Counted from the whole stretch's first letter, positions 24,198 to 38,274 are shown. The stretch is DNA of 63,049 nt, filler included, from Globobulimina sp. (GCA_003354225.1; 47 parts of 47 records of this genome joined end to end with filler, not necessarily neighbours in it); one strand, 5' to 3'. The notes: generated by a model from the letters alone, not told the origin. Program-made: numbers and translations.

Positions 24198-25441
24198 GGC
24201 AACTTGATGAAACTAAGGCGTTTTATAAGTTGCAATGTCCCAAAATCTATGATCGCGGCATGGAACAAGATCGCGCCTTTATGACATTGTTAGCCGTGGG
24301 GCGGAAAAATAATTTTGAGTATGTGCAACATTTAGTGGACGATTATTTTCGTGCCAAAGTGCAGCATATCAATAATGAAGCATGGGATAAAAATAAATGG
24401 ATTCAAAGCCATCACCATTTCGCGCACTTAGCCACCATTGGCGGCAAAGTGTTGAATGAATCGACACCGTATGATTTAGCAATGAATGCAGTGCAGAGTT
24501 TTAGTGTCCGCTGTTGTCCACAATTAGTATTTGATGCATTGGCGGTCATTGATGACGACATCGAAGCCAGCATCAGATATATTGAATCAGTGACGGTATT
24601 GATTGCAAATGTATTTGACATCGCATCTGGTGATAAAACACAGCGCGCAGTGTGTCCATTTCAGATTGATTTATGTCTCGCAGCGGGTAAAGCAAAACAG
24701 TTGAACAAAACAGTTGAATTTAGTGGATATGAGGATGATGACGACGATGATGATGAAAAGAGTATGCATATGAATGGCGATGATGATTGGATTGATTGTA
24801 TTGGAAATATTGAAAACAAATTAAAACAAAATAAGTTACAGTATCAATGTGCGGAGATGGAGACTGGGCGTAAATTAAAGATATTTACAAAATTATTTAC
24901 TGCGTTGGAGAACCGGTCGGTTGCTGAAAATGAATGGTTTTATAACTTACACAGAAAAAGAATGGTTGCGTTTGTGGACAGACGAAGTTCAAAAAATGAG
25001 CAAGATGTCAAAGATACTGTTTATATGTTTCAACCGCCGGCGAATAGTTCGAATATTCCAAGTGATGCCTGCGGATTATGGTATATATCGGCGTCGAGAA
25101 CGTGTTTATTGCCGGATATGAAGTATGGAAATGGGTGCACTGAAAAAGAGAGAGACACAAAGAATACGGCAAAGAAATTACTCGAAGCAAATATTACGAG
25201 CGGGTTTCATTGCAAAGCTGGATTATTGACAATTAGTTTTCATGTTAAATCTAAAGATGAAGTTAAAATGTATTTATATTTTATGGGACAAATTATAAGG
25301 TTCATGCCTGAAGATATAACAACGTTATTTCCATTATTATTTAATATGGATTGTGACTTTGCGGATAATCGAGGATTTATTGCAAATCGTAATGAAATTG
25401 ATCCAATTATAAGTAATATACGCAAAGTAATTAAAGATGCA
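24198..25441 (+). CDS. Hypothetical protein, partial
   Basis: Open frame of more than 400 aa. Confidence 0.7.
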
Positions 25442-25541
25442 NNNNNNNNNNNNNNNNNNNNNNNNNNNNNNNNNNNNNNNNNNNNTTAATTAATTAANNN
25501 NNNNNNNNNNNNNNNNNNNNNNNNNNNNNNNNNNNNNNNNN

Positions 25542-26549
25542 TTAAGCACTCATTGTCGCTGTTTTGCATCGCCGCCCTTACCATAGCTCGAATGGCCTGC
25601 AATATGGCCACAATTAAGGAGCCCAAACAGACGGAACCAAAGGATGTTGTCATTGTACTTTTGGTATAAAATATAAAATATTTAATTGCAAACAGTAAAC
25701 AGTAAACAAACAAAGATATAATTAATCGTACCGTTTGAAAGCAGGCACTGTCGGACTGTCCATAATGTCTGCGGAGAAATACCACGTCGCAGTGACGCCG
25801 CATGTGGTGGTATGGGAAATGTTTTGGTTTACTTGAAAGCCCCAATACAACGAGACCAACAAGAAGAAAATGACCGCGTTATGCGGCTCTTCCACAGCCA
25901 CATAATACGCAGAGCTGCAAGCGCCCCAAATAAAAAGCCACATAATGTCGAAGAAAATGACACACAGAGAGACGAAGATGGTGCCGCCATACGCGGAGGT
26001 TATGGTGGACGACACCGCCAATAAGACGGAAGAAAATGGGATCCTGCTCCATACGCACCACGTATACAACGCGTAGAGCGCTGCGAAGATGACGCCGAGT
26101 ATTATTAGTATTAACTGCCAAAACAGCACGCCGACGATGGCGACAATGCACCAAATGGCGATGTTGAAGAACAGCATTGCTTTAATGATGCAGGAAGCGA
26201 ATTTTTTCATGATTGCCAACCAGAATAAACCAAAGACGATGCCGGCAAACAAACAGGCGAGAATGCCGACAAATATGCCGGTCAGAGAGATTTGAGAGTG
26301 CCAGTCGTCTTCGTTAGATTGGATGAGTGGATATTGGATCATCCACAAATAGGCCGCCACTCCGACTACGATGAAAATGTGAATGTAATAAGCAACCGCA
26401 AAGACAATATCTCGGCATTTTGGCGCCGAATATTCTAAACGTTGACCATAGTCTGGGATTGACGACTCGCCGAAATTGGAGCAGGCGGTGAGTGGCTGGC
26501 GATCGCTCATTTTATTGTTTTGCGTGGCGGCTAAAGTCGGATATTGCAT
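25542..26549 (-). CDS. Choline transporter-like (CTL/SLC44/Pns1) protein, intron 25658-25731
   Basis: CRDIVFA; RIPFS..LL; HTTTCG..ATWYF; spliced KRTMTTSFGSVCLGSLIVA. Confidence 0.92.
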
Positions 26550-26885
26550 TGTTTTGAACTGAAGCTAGCTATAAGATTTTTTTTGTTTTGTGTTTGTGTT
26601 TGTGTTAAAGCATATATTATAATATTTATGTTCCCATAATCTTATGACGGCATTATACTAACTTTCATAATCATTGTCGTTCATGTTTTAGGATCCATAT
26701 ACTTTTGGAAATTTGGAACTCTGCGATTCTGTTTATCAGCAACTAATTGACTATGCTCAACTAAGTGATTTTCGAGACCGTTACANNNNNNNNNNNNNNN
26801 NNNNNNNNNNNNNNNNNNNNNNNNNNNNNTTAATTAATTAANNNNNNNNNNNNNNNNNNNNNNNNNNNNNNNNNNNNNNNNNNNN

Positions 26886-28129
26886 AGATCGTCGACGACA
26901 AGATCCGTCAATACGTGCGGCAGCAGGAGAAGTTCGAAAAAGAGAAGCGAGCGTCGGAGATCCTGATGGAGAGCAAAATGGATAACGACATGCGCAAACT
27001 CAAGATCAAGCCGTCCAAAATGAACAAGGCGCGGCGCGACAAAGTGTGCGCATTGACCGAGCTCAAAACCATCGGCGTGTTAGGCAAAGGCGCCTTTGGT
27101 TTGGTGTCGTTGGTGGTGGATCCGCACAGCAATAAGTCGTACGCGTTGAAGGCCATTAAGAAGCATCAGATTGTCGAGTTGGGGCAGCAGGCGCACATTA
27201 TATCGGAGAAGCGAGTGATGGAGAAAATGTACAATAAGTTCCTGGTCAATCTGCACGTGACCTACAAGGACTTATTGCGGGTTTATTTCGTGTTGGATGT
27301 GTGTTTAGGCGGCGAGTTGTTTACCATTTTGCGGCAACGCCGCTATTTCGACGAGGCTACGGCCAAATTTTACACTTCGTGCGTGGTGGAGGCCTTTGCT
27401 TACATGCATTCCATGGACATTATTTACCGCGACCTCAAGCCGGAGAACTTGGTCTTGGACAATATCGGATATTTAAGGGTGACGGACTTCGGCTTCGCCA
27501 AGCAAGTGACGGATAAAACGTTCACTTTGTGCGGGACGCCGGATTATTTGGCGCCGGAAATCGTGACCGGCCAAGGCCACGGCCGCGCGGTGGATTGGTG
27601 GACATTGGGGGTGCTCATTTACGAGATGTTGGCGTCGTTTCCGCCGTTTTTCGACGATGAGCCGTTTGAGACGTATAGGAAAATCCTCCGGGGCCGGGTT
27701 AAATTTCCAAGGTATTTCACGCCTGAGGCCCGCGATTTGATTCGTGGATTGTTGCGGAATAAACCGACGAAGAGGTTGGGGATTTTGAGAGGAGGCGCCC
27801 AGAATATACGGAAACATGTCTGGTTTCGTGACTTTAATTGGCATAAATTGTATAAATCGACGCTTGTGGCGCCCATTATTAATAAAGTACGGAGTAATAC
27901 AGATTTATCAAATTTTATTAATTCGCAAGAAGATGAGGAGGATGAAGAAGCACTCCCTGTGGCTCCGCAAGATGATTTTGGTGACGATTTTGGTGATGAA
28001 TTTGCTAATAGGTACAGTCCCAACGACGCAAATATATTAATATTCAGTCAATTAGGATTAGAAGAAGAGTATAAAGCGAATCAGTCATTATTCAAATTTG
28101 CATCAAAAGAGGACGGCATAAATGGCATA
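26886..28129 (+). CDS. AGC kinase, cGMP-dependent (PKG-like) catalytic domain, partial
   Basis: LGKGAFG, ALK, YRDLKPEN, DFGFAK, TLCGTPDYLAPE, DWWTLG. Confidence 0.93.
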
Positions 28130-30176
28130 NNNNNNNNNNNNNNNNNNNNNNNNNNNNNNNNNNNNNNNNNNNNTTAATTAATTAANNNNNNNNNNNNNNN
28201 NNNNNNNNNNNNNNNNNNNNNNNNNNNNNTAGTATCATCAAAGGAAGCGAAAATATTTTCAAGGAAAGTGAATATAAATTGAGATTGAAAGATGTTAATT
28301 CTAGTTTAAGCAGTGACGACGAATGTTGAGTACTGTTTATAATGCAATATTTTTATTAAGCTAATCTTTAAAACGATACAGTTTACATAGGTGGTCATCT
28401 TTTATAATATTTTTGTGTAATTGTCTAAATTGCTCTAAAGGTACAGTATGTACAGTACATTATTTTATATGTGAATGCTGTCTCCATTACTTAAGCCGAT
28501 TAATCTTTAAAATGATAGAATTTAGTTATTGGTATGTTAGTAGGTATACAGTATACATACATCCATATTATCATGTTAGATTTTTGTGTAATTGTTTAAA
28601 TTGTATCATATATAATAGGAATTTGTGTCAATGTTGGGAAAAAAGCTCCATATTTGGAGCTTCTATTAATTATTGGAGATACAATATTGTATCTCCTCCA
28701 ATTTTTCTTCTTTCATTTTTCTCTACGATATTTTATGAACATAGGTCAAGTTGATACAAACGGTACATACCTTTTTGGTATTTCTATTGAGTGAAAGAGC
28801 CACAGTTTTGTCGCTTTTAGGATTTTATATAATTGTATCTAATAAGCTTAATGGATGTTATAATTGCATTATTATATTAAATAAATTTCTTGCTAAAAAC
28901 TCTATGTACTACGGCGAAAAAATGTACTGTATTTGTGTTTTTGCGATTACTAAACTGATCTATAAAGTAACACTTGAATTGCAATTAAATTTTTGATTTA
29001 AATCGAACTTTCAACTAAAATTTAGAATAAACAACGTCTTAAATTTAATGCAAATAAATGCTGGTGAAGTGTACAGACGTAATTTGTTTACATACTTTGA
29101 TATTTTTCTTGACCTAGGACTGACAGGAAACAAAAATTTACATATCTCAGTTCCTTTTTTTGTTGCACTTTTGCGGTCGTGTTTGTTTAATCGTAATATC
29201 GTTAATCATGGATGGCTCATATCGTTCATCAAGTAGTTACAGTCACCGTGATTCGTTTAGTCATGATCAAGAAAGATCTGCTCAATTTCGTACAAGTGAA
29301 ACTCAACGTTCATATGGTCAATATCCATCATCGGCGTCTGGAACAAGTTATGGTAGAGGTAAATCTTTTGATTATAAATTAGACGTGTAACAATCTTTTA
29401 CACCACTGGAAAGAAGGACGAAACCCACATATCTACCGTTTTACATTCCCGAAGGACATTTTTCCACTGGTATNNNNNNNNNNNNNNNNNNNNNNNNNNN
29501 NNNNNNNNNNNNNNNNNTTAATTAATTAANNNNNNNNNNNNNNNNNNNNNNNNNNNNNNNNNNNNNNNNNNNNTTAAAATGGGATATGGACTCTTTGTTC
29601 ATTATCTACATTTTTATACTAATACAAAGCACATATCATTTCTTTTATTTTACAGTGTATCTTCGTGCATGTACGTATTTTAATAAATATTTCTATTTCT
29701 ATTTTTTTTCTAATTTTATTATTGTAATTATTTTGTGATCAATGTGTTTGTAAATTAATAATATCATTTTTGTTTTCAAGTTGCACAAAAACAAATATCA
29801 TTGGGTTTTGATGACTACGCCATTTACCAAACAATATTTCACAAAACAGTACTAATATGTTCTCCCCTATTTTTATATGATTGCAAAGTAAGTATACCAG
29901 GTGGGATATGGCAATTTATTCGGAATAAATAATATGTTTGATTAACATTTTAGCATTTCAAAGTCTCTGAAAAATGTTAATTTGAAGACAAAATCATGCA
30001 ATCTCAATTTGAGTGTAATTGAATTAAACTTACTCTTGAAAGGTTTTCACAGAAAAAAAAAAGGAAGATTCGATGAAAGTATTAAGGTAGTTGTGTACTT
30101 AGTGTTGAGTGATTCAAAATATTTTCCGTAAACATTTGTGTTGCCTCATCGTATGATTGTCGTACGTGCGTATTGA

Positions 30177-30653
30177 TTACAGTAGTGTTCCCGATTGTGC
30201 CGATTTGCAACATGAAAATATTGGCTCTATAGTATTAAATAAATCAAATATGTTCTTAAATAAGTCGTCATCGTATAATAAATCGAGCAAATCTTGCTTA
30301 CTGTCTAAATATGGCTTGGCTCTGTCATCGTATATTAATCCTTTAATGTCATCCTTGTTTTTTGCGATAAATTCTAAAAGAAGATATTGATTGATCCATT
30401 TACGAGTGTTGCCCGGATCTGGTGTACCAACACGTAACTCCTCCTTCGGTAAGGCATCATCAACATAAATTTTCAATGCATCCTCATCTAATGCTACCCG
30501 TCGGAGCGCCGGATTTATGGATTTCAAAACACGCATTGTTATCCGGGTTCTTTTTATTTTCTCTTCCAAAATCTCAAATATTTTCATATAACATACAAAA
30601 TGATATTCATATATTACCAGCAAAATATCCATTATTCCATAAGTTATTATCAC
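30177..30653 (-). CDS. Hypothetical or transposase-like fragment ending in the CAGTAG terminus
   Basis: Stop codon overlaps the TA|CAGTAG motif; DDLFKNIFDLFNTIEPIF..KSAQS is weakly hAT-like. Confidence 0.35.
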   Translation of the reverse strand: MIITYGIMDILLVIYEYHFVCYMKIFEILEEKIKRTRITMRVLKSINPALRRVALDEDALKIYVDDALPKEELRVGTPDPGNTRKWINQYLLLEFIAKNKDDIKGLIYDDRAKPYLDSKQDLLDLLYDDDLFKNIFDLFNTIEPIFSCCKSAQSGTLL

Positions 30654-31298
30654 TGATTCAAATTAAAAATGTCAACCAAACCAATAATAATGACATAAAT
30701 GAAGGATATATTACTAAATTATATATGTCGGCGATTGATGCAATACCAAACCATTACAGACCACGTGGCCTTCCTCGTATTGTTACATCGTGTTACTATC
30801 TGCAATTAGTGGTTTGGNNNNNNNNNNNNNNNNNNNNNNNNNNNNNNNNNNNNNNNNNNNNTTAATTAATTAANNNNNNNNNNNNNNNNNNNNNNNNNNN
30901 NNNNNNNNNNNNNNNNNTCTTGATCTAGTTTGGATTTTGGACGCATGAAACCGGGTTTTGGGCCAGGCGGTTCTGGCGCTGTCTGGTTCTTTTTTAATTT
31001 TGATTTTTTGTTCCTGGCCATGAATAATTTATATATTTTTCGGTCTGATATTATAAGTATCAGTTATGATACATTCAATGATCATAATTCCTTATTCCAT
31101 ATCATGTCGCTATATATGATGACGAATTGATTGCATGGACCAGTGCTAATAATGCAATATATTCTATATTGGCCATGGTATGAGTTACCTGTGTAACATG
31201 TGTCAACGAAAGAATATTTTGTTGACATGGTTGCAGATCATTATTAATTTGGAGTTTTTGTTAAAATATTGGGAGTGACTTGCTTTGGTTTGAAGGCA

Positions 31299-32161
31299 TG
31301 ATTGTATGGCTATGGCTATGGCTATACACACTGGTTGTTGTAGCCTTTTCAGTGCCTATTGGAGGTATGGATATCCATAGCATCACATCAATACTCACCA
31401 TGAATAAAAGTTAGATAGAGTAGCATATTATGTCAGTAGATTTAACGACCAAATTGCCATAAAAATTGAACGAAAACCGCCATCATCTGATTGGAAGTTA
31501 GAGGAAACATTTTGGGCATTTGATAAACCAATTGATAATTGTATACCAATCACAGTATATTCACATCCAAATACAAATGGACATGCTATTACCCAATATG
31601 GCGATGAAAACATTATATTTTGGTTTTTTGCATATGATTCAGTAGAGTTAATAAAAATGCATTTATATTTTTCTTGTTAGGTACAGAAACATTATATGTT
31701 ATGTACAGATATCCCGCTCTCCGTCAAATAACACCAACACAATATGATGTATACCAAAATCATTTAACATTCTATATCTGGAAAAGTAGAGGTATTAATA
31801 CCTCGACATTACCAACAGACAATATCCTATTATTTACATTTTACGCATTTGAATATGACGGTATGTGTTCGTAGATAATTTGTTTACATCTGAATTACAT
31901 CGGAAATATACAGATAAATATTTACAAAATATCACTGTACACAACTGCAACAATTGCAGTTTGACGCCATCATTCCAATCAGAAATATATAGTTATTATA
32001 TTATTGTACCAGATGATGTACAGAATTTATATTTTAGCACCAAACCATCAGACAATGTGACATTTATTTTTGATGATCCAACATACATTTTAACAGAACA
32101 AGAAGCATTGGAAAAAAAAGTAAATGAAATTGTATCGTATAATGTTGATTCATTTGAAAAT
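31299..32161 (+). CDS. Secreted protein, spliced, with cadherin-like beta-sandwich segment
   Basis: Signal peptide MIVWLWLWLYTLVVVAFS then a GTATG donor; LTPSFQSEIYSYYIIVP. Confidence 0.5.
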
Positions 32162-32596
32162 NNNNNNNNNNNNNNNNNNNNNNNNNNNNNNNNNNNNNNN
32201 NNNNNTTAATTAATTAANNNNNNNNNNNNNNNNNNNNNNNNNNNNNNNNNNNNNNNNNNNNTCTTTGTTTACTACCGAAGGGCTTTAGCTGCAAGCGTTC
32301 TAAAAAGTGATTCTTGTCCCTTTGAAACATCTATCAAGATATATATATTCAAAAATTCATTTCAAAATTTGCTCTTACATAAAATTATTATACTCATACA
32401 CACCCATAAAAAGCATGGGGAATCCATAATACAGCATAATATATATCCTTGCATGTTATATAATTGTTTGATTGGTATTTTATGAAAAATGTATATGTTT
32501 TTTTTTATATAAAATTACAAAAGTATACAAACATATACAACAGAAACACAAACAAAAAATAATAGTTTTTATGATTAATAATATGAATAATAAAAT

Positions 32597-32663
32597 GTGA
32601 TAATTGGGATTTGAACCCAAATCTTCTTCAAATAGATGCTTTAATTCATTAAGCTATCATCAC
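32597..32663 (-). ncRNA. tRNA-like element with reduced anticodon arm (copy 1)
   Basis: GTGATGA-TAGCTTAATG..AAAGC..TTGGGTTCAAATCCCAA-TTATCAC; A-box and B-box present. Confidence 0.7.
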
Positions 32664-32689
32664 AATTAATAAATTAGACGCAATGTTGC

Positions 32690-33240
32690 ACCACAATTAA
32701 TAATCACTTTAAAAATGCAATTTAATTGATCCAAATTATCTTTATAGGACCGGCCTGGAAATAACGGCTGATGTTCTGCAAGATGAACAATAAGCGGATG
32801 GCTTCGCGTTGCACCGTGTTGGACTTCTCCTTTTTGCCCGTTTTCAAAATAGTCTCCGCGATCTGCCACCATGACGACGGCCGCGCTTTCTTTAAACCCA
32901 AGATCCGCTCAAAAGTAATCACCGTAATCCGCCATCCTAAACAGCGCACGCTCACATTTTTGAACTGCACCAATTTCAATATATGCTGCAAAGTGGCGAA
33001 TTTTTTGTTGTCGGGCACGCGGCGCACCAAATTTGCAAAGCAGCCAAACGAGGATTCCGTCACCATACGGTCCGATTTCTTGAAGTTCAGCGTCAGCGGT
33101 CATGGAGCCGTTCTTCTAAATCATTATTTTGGTCAACGAGACGGCCGCAGCACGGACTACCAACGAATGCGGATCGCGTAAATGTCGTTGTCTTTGACCA
33201 CACCCACTTTGGTCAATGACTGCGTAAAATCTGTGAACGA
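32690..33240 (-). pseudogene. Mosaic of a helical-repeat-like fragment and a MAPK-like fragment
   Basis: Stops present; frame switch into PLFPGRSY..DQLNCIFKVI (MAPK subdomain X-like). Confidence 0.4.
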
Positions 33241-34658
33241 TATGGCATTATGTTGGTTCACGTCGGCGTAACGAAAGGCGGATATTACGTTTCTGTAATT
33301 TACTGAATACATTCACATCGATGATGCGAGACTTGGTGGAGATTGATTTCATTTTATTCATCGCCACAGAGGCTCCTAACTGACCTATCCTATATTTCTG
33401 TGTATAGCCCTTGCTTTGCGTAGGACTCTCGGCGCCGTAGCCCGGCTTGATTTTGCTGGTCTGGACACTGCCATATTTTGGACAGCCCAGATTCATATCA
33501 TATTCNNNNNNNNNNNNNNNNNNNNNNNNNNNNNNNNNNNNNNNNNNNNTTAATTAATTAANNNNNNNNNNNNNNNNNNNNNNNNNNNNNNNNNNNNNNN
33601 NNNNNATCAGTAAGCTCCAGCCATCACCGCGATTATATGGCATATCACAGTGAATTACAACAACGCACGGCTGAGATATTTAGAAAGAACAGTCGTCCAT
33701 GGCTTGACATGCCAACGCCTGTCGATTACAATCAATACACTTTATTTGGGAAATTAAAGAAGAAGCCATTATCTCCAATCAATGATGATTACAATCATCG
33801 TGTCCCTCCATCCCAATTAACTGCATTTGATGAATTTCAGAATGATATTTTGGATGATTTGCAAGTCGGAGGTTGTGGCGATGAAAATGATATTTATCCT
33901 CCTCCCCATCCTCCCCCTTCTGCTGTACTACCCGATCAATTCTCAAGTATCCCACATCCGCTATTTACAAATTTGATTTATGATTCCGGTCTCGACAAAC
34001 ATGAAAACGATGAGAAATTTGAATGTTTGGATGATTCATGTTTATGATATTAATCATTTGTTCATGTTATATTATTTATTGATTTTTATTGCTGTCCATA
34101 CAAATGTTTTACGTTATTTTGTATTTGCAATTTTATCAAAGAATCATTTGCATCTCGTTCTGTTTTTTCTGTTGATAATCACTTCTATTTTCTAGTCCAA
34201 TTTCTTGATTTTTTGATTTTTTGTTTTTCTGATTGATTGCATGCATTTCTTTTCTCTTCTTTTCTTTTTATTTTTATAATCCAGCTGTTTCAATCCGTAG
34301 TATCATTTTTATTATTCTTTTTTGTTTGGACTCATTTAATTGGTGCCTATCTCCATCGTTTTCTTATTATCTCATTTTCGTTTTTATTTTTGGATTTGAT
34401 ATCACTTATCCTTTACTTTTATATTATCTTTTTATTTTTTGTGAACAATTTTTTCTTAATATATAGGGCTTTATTTCTTTTTATATATTATTTCCACAGC
34501 CTCTTTATTGATTGATTGATATTTTCTCCATATTATCCGTATTTATGTATTTTGTACGTGTTTTTTGTTTTTTGTTTTTTTGACACATGATGAAACTTTT
34601 TGTATTTCGTTTTTCTGATTTTTGAGTCAGTTAAACTTTTTATACTTAATTTTACTAC

Positions 34659-34698
34659 TGTCCTGACGAAGGCGACATTACTGCCCGAAACGTCGACA
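34659..34698 (+). ncRNA. Minimal type I hammerhead ribozyme (Penelope-like element type)
   Basis: TGTC-CTGACGA-A-GGCG/TGCC-C-GAAA-C-GTC-GACA: stem I, core, stem II, palindromic ACGT stem III and GUC site. Confidence 0.85.
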
Positions 34699-34949
34699 AT
34701 TTAACTCAAATATACTGTTCAACATTCACTTTTCCTAGAATCTAACACCACAAACCAAAACAAACATATTATTCTATTGTATCTGGCCATATCGAAAGTT
34801 GTTCGCTGGTGTCCAGCAATTACTGCCGAATCCAGACACGTTATTTAGGNNNNNNNNNNNNNNNNNNNNNNNNNNNNNNNNNNNNNNNNNNNNTTAATTA
34901 ATTAANNNNNNNNNNNNNNNNNNNNNNNNNNNNNNNNNNNNNNNNNNNN

Positions 34950-36193
34950 ATTTTCCCTTTCAATTGTATTTGTGTCCATATTCCATTGTTCAATTTGTGC
35001 AGTTGTTTCCATTTCGCCTTCATTAAGAATTTCATTGTCCGCATCATAGTCATAGTATGCACTGGAAATCGCAACATCCATTCGTTTATGCTTATTATTC
35101 AAAAATCTCTTTCCAACAAAAAATAATATAATTAAAAGCAAAATAAATATTATCAATATCAATAACCATAGCCACCACATTGGATTTGCTTCATTTTTAT
35201 TTGAATTTGCTGCCAATCCATGGCCCTCATTAGTTGCTTGCGATGCTGATGTTGCAAATGTGGATGAGATTATATCCTCATTGTCATGGTCATTGTCATT
35301 ATTATCACTAAACGTAATACATTTATACCAAATAGCTTTATCCATAGTAACTTCCCGTCCACGGCCATATTTATCCAACACTAAACATGCTTTATCTGTT
35401 AATCTAAATATATAAAAACAAAACAAGTTATACAGTATATCAAAAAGCGCATTTTTATATTTGTATACCTTAAAATGAGTCCATTTTTATTTTCATTTTC
35501 ATCATCATTTTCATTTTCATCTTCATCGTCCGTATAATTATTACTCCTCCACAATACAATGGGTTGTAAACCAATCACACCTTTAAACTTCTCCTCATAC
35601 ACTACAATTTCCTCATTTTCCAACACTAATTTCGAGACAGATTGGCCAGACATATTGAAAAGCGATGTATCTGTATTCCATCCATGATACCATCCATTCA
35701 CATTCACATTTTCTGCATCCTGTCGACTGCTAATATCATAAATATAATTTCAATGCTCATTTTTGGAAAACGGATCAAAATATCTACCAACCAACCCATT
35801 CACCACTAAGTCACCATTCTTTTGCATAGTCAATAAAAATCTGCAATTCTCAGAAACAAACGACTCACCGCCCCATAACATATCCTTTCGCTTTAAACTA
35901 AAAGAAGCAATCATTTCTCCTTTGAATTTAGCATAATGGCAAAGTGCCGTCGGTGCCGATGTTGGTGCTAAAGAAGGCGCCAACGATGGGGATACTGTTG
36001 GAGCTACACTCGGTGCTACACTCGGTGCCAATGTCGGAGCCAACGAAGGTGCCAATGATGGCGCAGCTGAAGGCGCTAATGACGGCGCCCATGCTGGTGC
36101 TAAACTAGGTGCTGATGAAGGGACCAATGATGGTGCGGATGAAGGTGCCAATGTTGGTGCTAACGAAGGAACCAATGATGGCGCTAATGACGG
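34950..36193 (-). CDS. Type I membrane protein: PSxA/PTxA repeats, bulb-type (B-)lectin-like domain, TM helix; spliced
   Basis: GESFVSENCRFLLTMQKNGDLVV, LWRSN, AIWY; TM WWLWLLILIIFILLLIILFFV. Confidence 0.75.
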
Positions 36194-36293
36194 NNNNNNN
36201 NNNNNNNNNNNNNNNNNNNNNNNNNNNNNNNNNNNNNTTAATTAATTAANNNNNNNNNNNNNNNNNNNNNNNNNNNNNNNNNNNNNNNNNNNN

Positions 36294-37537
36294 TCCCTAT
36301 CATATCTGATATTATTCCACATTATCGGGTAAGGTTTATTAGTAATATCATTATAAAATTGCACGTGGTCCTCAAAATACTGTAAGTGTTTCTGCGGTAT
36401 TTCTGTTTTATCATAAGATTGCAATTTGTTGTTAACATTTATTGCCATTATTTGATTATTTATCGGTTTTTGAATGAGTATCATTGGGGCAGGTTTAAGT
36501 GTATTTATTTCATCATAAGCGTGGTATTCGTGGTTAATTAGGGCAATGTCATCAATGTTATATGTATTTATGTTATTTTTATTGATAGTATTATCATTAT
36601 AAGTGATGGTTTTACATTTCTTTGTATTGAATTTATAGCGCCATTTATTACTATGTGTTTCGCAGATATTTATTAATTTATTTAAGTGTGATATCTTGTT
36701 AGCCGTTAATATGATATCATCAGCATATAATGTGCAGGCTATCGGTTCCTCAGTGTTTGGTGAGGCAGCACCGTAATTTGAGTTTTGTAGTTCATGGATG
36801 AGATCGTTAAGGAATGCAGCATATAAAACTGGTGAGAGGACTGAGCCTTGCAATACTCCATTATGGAGGAGGAATTTGTTTGTTATGAATGGTATATCAC
36901 GGATGGCGGACTGCGAGTTATTGTAAATCGCTTTGATCAGTTTGCAAATATGAAGGGGTATATCAAATTGTGTATGTAATTTGTACAAAAGCCCTTTCCT
37001 CCAAACTGTGTCAAAGGCTTTTTTTATGTCTAACAGCGCGCAGTATAATGGTAGTTCGCGCATTTTAGCGGTCTCTGCAATTAAATTGATTGCCCCTATT
37101 TGTTCAGGTACGCCTCTTTTGGATCTATTGCCACCTTGCAATATGTGCAAGTTTGCCCTGAATTTGTGTTTTATACTCATCTCCCATAGGATTAGTCTTT
37201 CATAGGCCTTGAAGATGATGGGTAGTAATGTTATGGGTCTATATTGGTTTGGCGTGTCTCCATTTTTCGTTTTTAAAATAGGTATAATCGAACCTAAGCG
37301 GCAGTAATATGGGATGAAATATGTTTTATTCCAGACATTGTAGAGGGAGCATAATAATTTATTAATGTGATAACTGTTGGTTTTAAGGTGAATGGCTTTA
37401 ATGCCATCATATCCCGGGGCACTGTTCTGATTCGCGTATGAGACTGCTAATTCAATGGATTTGTATTTATTTTTGTTATTATTTTTATCAATGGTCTCTG
37501 GCACATCTTCATATTCGCGTTTTTCATCAATTTCCTC
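36294..37537 (-). mobile_element. Non-LTR retrotransposon reverse transcriptase, partial
   Basis: APGYDGI, YRPITLL, LDIKKAFDTV, GVLQGSVLSP, YADD, FNTKKC. Confidence 0.96.
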
Positions 37538-38274
37538 NNNNNNNNNNNNNNNNNNNNNNNNNNNNNNNNNNNNNNNNNNNNTTAATTAATTAANNNNNNN
37601 NNNNNNNNNNNNNNNNNNNNNNNNNNNNNNNNNNNNNATTAGGGATGGGATGGGATGGGATGGGATGCAACGTATTGCATCCCTCCATCGACATACAGAA
37701 TTCAACATTTCGCAATTTTAGAATTCCTGCTTTATCTAAGAGTATATGGATGGTACATATTCCGACATTACTGAAATCCATTCAAAAATATATGTAATTC
37801 ATTCAAAATACAGTATATGGAATTTAGTGTCAGATTATGGGAATTATATTGAAATTATCATGCGCGGTTCAATTCTATTCCCTACATTGCCGCCAAAAGC
37901 TATTATTCGATTATGCAATGTTGCCATGAATGTATGGTAGGCAGTAAAACCATAAGATATAACATTTATAAATTCTCGTTTTTTGTTGCGTATTTCTCAC
38001 CAACTCCGCAATCGCCATCGTCGTTGCCTCCAACAGAATAAAGTTTATTCGGATGATGTTTGATGAGAAACCTCCAGAAATCCCAATATAATTCACTTAT
38101 ATCATGTAATAATTGAGAAAATGGCGGCAATATTTGGTACTTTAATGCTTATGAATCATGATTTAAACCAAACTCTGTGTATTATTGGTTTTTGTAATAA
38201 CTGGAATTAAATAATGGAATATTATATAATATTAGTACTGTATTATATAAATTCCTTCTTTAGTTCCGAGATTA

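Noticed and set aside
29208-29473. Ser/Arg-rich ORF start, possibly retroelement ORF1
   Set aside because: Short, interrupted by TAA, with no supporting LTR or PBS.
34200-34520. Hydrophobic F/I/L-rich ORFs
   Set aside because: By-product of T-rich low-complexity DNA, open in several frames.
34780-34840. HDV-like ribozyme (…GCCGAATCCAG)
   Set aside because: Could not build P1/P3 pairing.
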